Shown here: piece after piece, positions 53,956-57,901 of the stretch
Position numbering within the stretch: the first letter of the stretch is position 1
How the letters are laid out: every line of letters begins with the position of its first letter
NCBI GenBank assembly: GCA_001662655.1
Contig: KV460236.1
Length of the DNA: 57,901 nucleotides
Strand: one strand, 5' to 3'
From: Pseudogymnoascus verrucosus
Taxonomy: Eukaryota
The notes under the pieces: generated by a model
What the model was told of the DNA's origin: nothing
Databases searched by the model: none
What the model saw: only the letters and a program-made list of their open reading frames with translations
Program-made: the position numbers and the translations under genes

Positions 53956-54254
53956 TTTGTTTTTCTACCAATTCTACTACTCTATCTCCCTCTTATTAAC
54001 ATAATTTGGAGTGGGCTGACGCATAAACGTTAGAGTCTTTGTAAGCGATGTTGCCATCAAGATATAGCCAAAGAGTGTTGCGGACCTTCTCCTTTTAGAT
54101 GCTCGAATAAGCTTGCGCTATAAGCTTGCACTAGGGACTCAGCAGGGGGGTGCTATTGTATTCTTATATCCCGTAGAGGAAGCATTTATCTACCGTACAG
54201 TAAAACATAACATTGCCACGGTAGGATAACTGTCCGAGACAGTCCATCAGCTTA

Positions 54255-55828
54255 CTATTGAAGCTTGAAGTACCCCTTCCATAGATGTGATAGCTTGGCC
54301 TGTGGATCGTATTTCCGCGCGATACTCACTAGTCTCGCGTAGTTCTCCTTTCCATAACCCTTTTGTACCTCCTGTTTGATATCCGCATAGTTCATATACA
54401 CAAATGGCGTGTGTACCTTGTACTCAATGGCCTTTGCTTCGATATCGGCAATCAATTTACGCGTGGCGCTGTACGCAAGCTCATCATTCTTTGCCTCTGT
54501 CCAGGACGTTGGGAAGGAGATCATTATCAAGGCTCCGTTTGAAGGCTTTAGACCCATTGCGTTCCCGCCATTCTTTTGCATTGCCTCGATAAGGTTCACG
54601 GGAATGGGCTGGAAAAGTGCAGTTAGAGAGATGTCGTCTCCCCCCTCATTCTGAAGCAAGGCAACATTGTGACTTTCGAAGAGAGACATGATCTCGGTAA
54701 TGAATTTTCCTGGGAAGGAAGCAGAAACGACGACATTGCCCCACGTCCACCGGCGGCCGTATGGCGTCGCGATGCTTGTGATGAAATTCGAGACCGTGCC
54801 TGTGATGGTTGAGTTGGCAGTTGCTGAGGGTACCTTTTGGAATGGCTCGAAGACTGCGGGTATACTCCCTGGAGATGAAGGTACCGTAGCATGCACAAGG
54901 CCTACATCAGCCGAGTATCCGCCGGTAGAGGAGTGGTAGTTGATGCCAACAAAGCCAGTTGCGCCTTTGTCCGAGGGCATCCCGTGAATTGTAAGGTTCT
55001 GGAAGTGGGAGATGACTGTCGCGTTTGAGCTGCCCGGAAAGCTGAGGCCATTTTCCCAGACTTCTCCTTGGTCGAAAATGACAAGGTCGAAACGAGTCAC
55101 GATGCCAAAGTTAGAACCACCCCCACCCCGCAAGGCCCAGTACAGGTCCTTGTTCTCAGTTGGAGTTGCATTGACAATCCGGCCAGAGGCGAGCACGACT
55201 TCGTACCGACGTACGTTGTCGCAAGCCCATCCGTACATTCCTGAAAAAAACGAGATGCCGCCACCGAGGGTCAGCCCGCTTACTCCAACGTTCATGTCGC
55301 GCCCTCCCACAACACCAAGGCCCATGGGATCGAGAATTTCGGTAACATTGATCCAGCGGTTGCCTGGACCGACGGATACCGACCGTCGATCAGAGGAAAC
55401 CTTGATATCGTTGAGATGCACCAGATCAATCGTCACGCCGTTTTCAATGCTGGAACCACCGGAGAAAGGCATATGGCCGCCTCCTTTCACTGTAAATGGC
55501 CAATCTCCTTCTGTCAAGACTCTGAGAATGGTCGAAACCTCTTTGGTGCTCTTGGGGGCCACAAAACATCGTGGCTGAGTCTCGAGCTGTTGTAGAGACC
55601 AGTAATCCGCTGATTGAAGGTAAGATGTGGTGTTCGGGTAGGCAACATCTCCTGCCAAGGCAGCCGCTAGAGCTCTACACTGAAATACACATTATTAACA
55701 CGAATCTATGGGGGAGTTGAGTGGCATACAGCATCGTCTCGTGCATGCAGAGGATTCTTAGCGGCAAGTGTTATCCCACTAACACTGCACAACAGTGCAA
55801 TCCCAAGAGTTCCGAAGATCACAACCAT
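54255..55828 (-). CDS. Secreted FAD-linked oxidoreductase (berberine-bridge-enzyme/VAO-like; 2 exons)
   Basis: Signal peptide MVVIFGTLGIALLCSVSG, VKGGGH (covalent-flavin His), GVSGLTLGGG, ALRGGGGSNFGIVT and BBE-type YMNYA..YGKENYARL..KYDP. Confidence 0.92.
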
Positions 55829-56721
55829 GTTGGCCGGGCGTGTTGAGTGATATTATGGCTGTATGCTGTCTATCTGTGAGAAGGAAGCTGTTCATATGAG
55901 GCAGCAGATACATTTCTTGTCTAGACAGTCTGGTTTTATATATATCCCGCAATGTTCGACGCCGCTTATGCATAGTCATCTTCCCCTGGTATGAAAAAAA
56001 GTCACCTTGACCATCTAGAACTGTGCTTCTTGGGCACTCCAAAGTTTCTTTGCTTGCCGCAAAGTGGCGCCCATGCCTGCTTATGGAGACCCCTGCCCGA
56101 AGGAAGGCAGTGGGGACGAAAATAGGCATGCGAAATTTAGCTGACCTCGTTCCGTCGTTTAGGCACGTAATCTTTCAGCCCCCCGGGATTTCCCCACCTT
56201 TCTTGTTTTGTATATCCTACCTGTTCCTGACGGCCAGCAACGCAGTAATCTAATATGGACCCCATTTCAAGCGTTGTGTGAGTATACTATAGTCGAGAAG
56301 TGGATTCGTGCAGAACCACACGGCAAACACATGGCTTAGTCCCATTCCACAACTCTCACCGCCACACCCGCACGATGCAGGCAATTTTGCAATTTCGACT
56401 CTCTACGAGCCATTTATAGAGCAGCCGTCCAGAAAAAATATACTAGTTATCACATATGCTCGACCGAAGTATCGTGAAAAATTGTTGGACGGAAGAAAGC
56501 CTCACACGCGAAAGTAGAGCTTGGAAAATGACCTAATTTTGAGAATGAATACGGGGTCGTGTTCACCACAAGAAGAATTTGGATATGAAATACGAAGATG
56601 GCAAGGCACACATATCAAAAATCACTATGAGCGGGCACTCCGTGCGAAAAACAATGGTAAGAGTCGCAAAGCAAGATTGTATTCTTCTGTTTACGCTGAC
56701 CGTAGACCATATCGCCAGTTT

Positions 56722-57675
56722 TTACCAAGGGATCTCTTCACGCGTGTCAACATCGATGAACTTCCCTGAAAGAGTCTCCCGTGTTGCCGAGCTAATGAGA
56801 TCAATGATATTCTTGGCACTCTCCTCGCCCTTGGTGACGGGCAGGTCGATGCCAGCACCAGTGGCTGCCGCGATTCCCATGTCTGTCAAGACGAATCTGT
56901 GCGGTGAACAATAAATGTCAGCGCTGTTCTTTAATCCCCGACACAATTTTCCCCCTTTTCTGGAACGACTTACCCCGGATGAATAGCAAAAGCGGTAAGA
57001 GACGCGTTCGAAACATGGAGAGTCCTGCAAACAGTGTTAGTCGCAGCCTATTGACGGACTATTATTGGTTGAGCCTACTGTGAAAACCAGTTGAGAGAGG
57101 CTTTTGACATGCAATAAGCAGCCGCGTACGAGTACCAAGGCAGTGGAGCGGCGGTGGAACCGCCACGGCTCGAGACTGTAACCCACTTCGGGGCGCTTGA
57201 CTTTGTGAGCAGCTTGTTCACTGCCTGGAATAGCACAACGCTGGACAAGACGTTGATGTTGAAACTATCAACGAAGGCCTTGGGATCAGCGGTTTCTAGG
57301 GGACCGGCGCCAATGGAGACACCAGAGTTGGCGATGACGATATCGATATGATCGACTCCGGCAACCTCAATGCTCTCGACGGCGCTCTTCGGATCCGTAA
57401 GGCTCGTGTTTTCGATACCGACAAGGAGGATACGTGAGCCGCTTCCTGCGGGCAAACTCTTGAGTTCCTCCGCCTGCGGAGCCTTGGGATCACGAACAGT
57501 CCCAATGACAATGTGATCCGGCTGCAAGAGATAGGCAGCTGCTAGAGACTTTCCGATGCCTACCATTCAACGATGTCAGGATGGTGAGAATGGCGGAAAA
57601 GGGATCATTCCCGAAAATGATGTGGGACATACCTCTGCCGGCGCCGGTGATGAGAACGACAGTTTGAGGAGCCAT
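56722..57675 (-). CDS. Short-chain dehydrogenase/ketoreductase, Nor-1-like (4 exons)
   Basis: VLITGAGRG|IGKSL (TGxxxGxG), IANSG, VSSRGGS, catalytic YCMSK, IHPG|FVLTDMG and C-terminal GKFIDVDTREEIPW. Confidence 0.9.
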
Positions 57676-57813
57676 GATGATGTAAATTCGTTTGATTACT
57701 TTCGTTTGCTTACTGCTTTCTAACTTCGAGATAGTGGCCGCAATATAAGGAGGCTTCGTGTGGAAATTGGTCAGCAATTCAAACGTGGAGATACTCGTCT
57801 GTGTGGTAATAAG

Positions 57814-57890
57814 GCAAGTTTGATTTCAAATCGAACCCTCCTCGAACCCCTCCTTGGTCAAGGAGGGGTTCGATTTGAAATCAAACTTGC
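57814..57890. repeat. Inverted repeat/hairpin with internal partial duplication, followed by poly-T at window end
   Basis: GCAAGTTTGATTTCAAATCGAACCC...GGGTTCGATTTGAAATCAAACTTGC outer arms, plus inner CGAACCCCTCCTTG-GT-CAAGGAGGGGTTCG. Confidence 0.85.
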
Positions 57891-57901
57891 TTTTTTTTTT
57901 T

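Larger units (their letters stand above)
42513..57675. other. Polyketide biosynthetic gene cluster (HR-PKS, thiohydrolase, bANK TF, FAD oxidase, SDR); probably continues beyond the window
   Basis: Five contiguous secondary-metabolism genes with no housekeeping genes among them. Confidence 0.85.

Noticed and set aside
51..57777. Numerous antisense or alternate-frame ORFs in the track (e.g. 51-638, 3844-4533, 23169-23945, 39227-39736, 55012-55578)
   Set aside because: They are shadows of real genes on the opposite strand or in another frame, with no recognisable motifs.
57842..57850. TCGAACCCC shared between the tRNA-Asp T-arm (42107-42115) and the terminal hairpin, as an att-like direct repeat
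   Set aside because: Only 9 bp, readily expected by chance over 16 kb, and no integrase gene is present.

Overview
Filamentous ascomycete genomic DNA. It has short GT-AG introns with CTAAC/CTGAC branch points and looks Leotiomycete-like (inference). The first ~42 kb is a dense block of conserved housekeeping genes: the SEY1 3' end, RNase H2A, MIF2/CENP-C, fructosamine kinase, TAF4, YSH1, a Nit1-type amidase, HEM25, prefoldin 1 (absent from the ORF track), alkaline ceramidase, SGM1/TMF1, NAS6, PRP46, ORC1, prefoldin 5, mitochondrial ProRS, MAK21, a hotdog thioesterase and two uncharacterised genes. An intron-containing tRNA-Asp(GTC) at 42.1 kb marks an abrupt switch to a secondary-metabolite cluster that runs to the window end. 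The cluster comprises a highly reducing PKS (KS-AT-DH-ER-KR-ACP, no intact methyltransferase) and, divergently transcribed from it, an alpha/beta thiohydrolase of the type that releases or macrolactonises polyketides. It also contains a ToxE-like basic-region/ankyrin (bANK) transcription factor whose DNA-binding exon is missed by the ORF track, a secreted BBE-like FAD oxidase and a Nor-1-like SDR. Notable details are a GG->SS change in the PKS ketoreductase NADPH motif, a recurrent TTAC(A/G)TGC element in cluster intergenic DNA, and a hairpin at the window end. All calls come from reading motifs by eye; no database searches were run.
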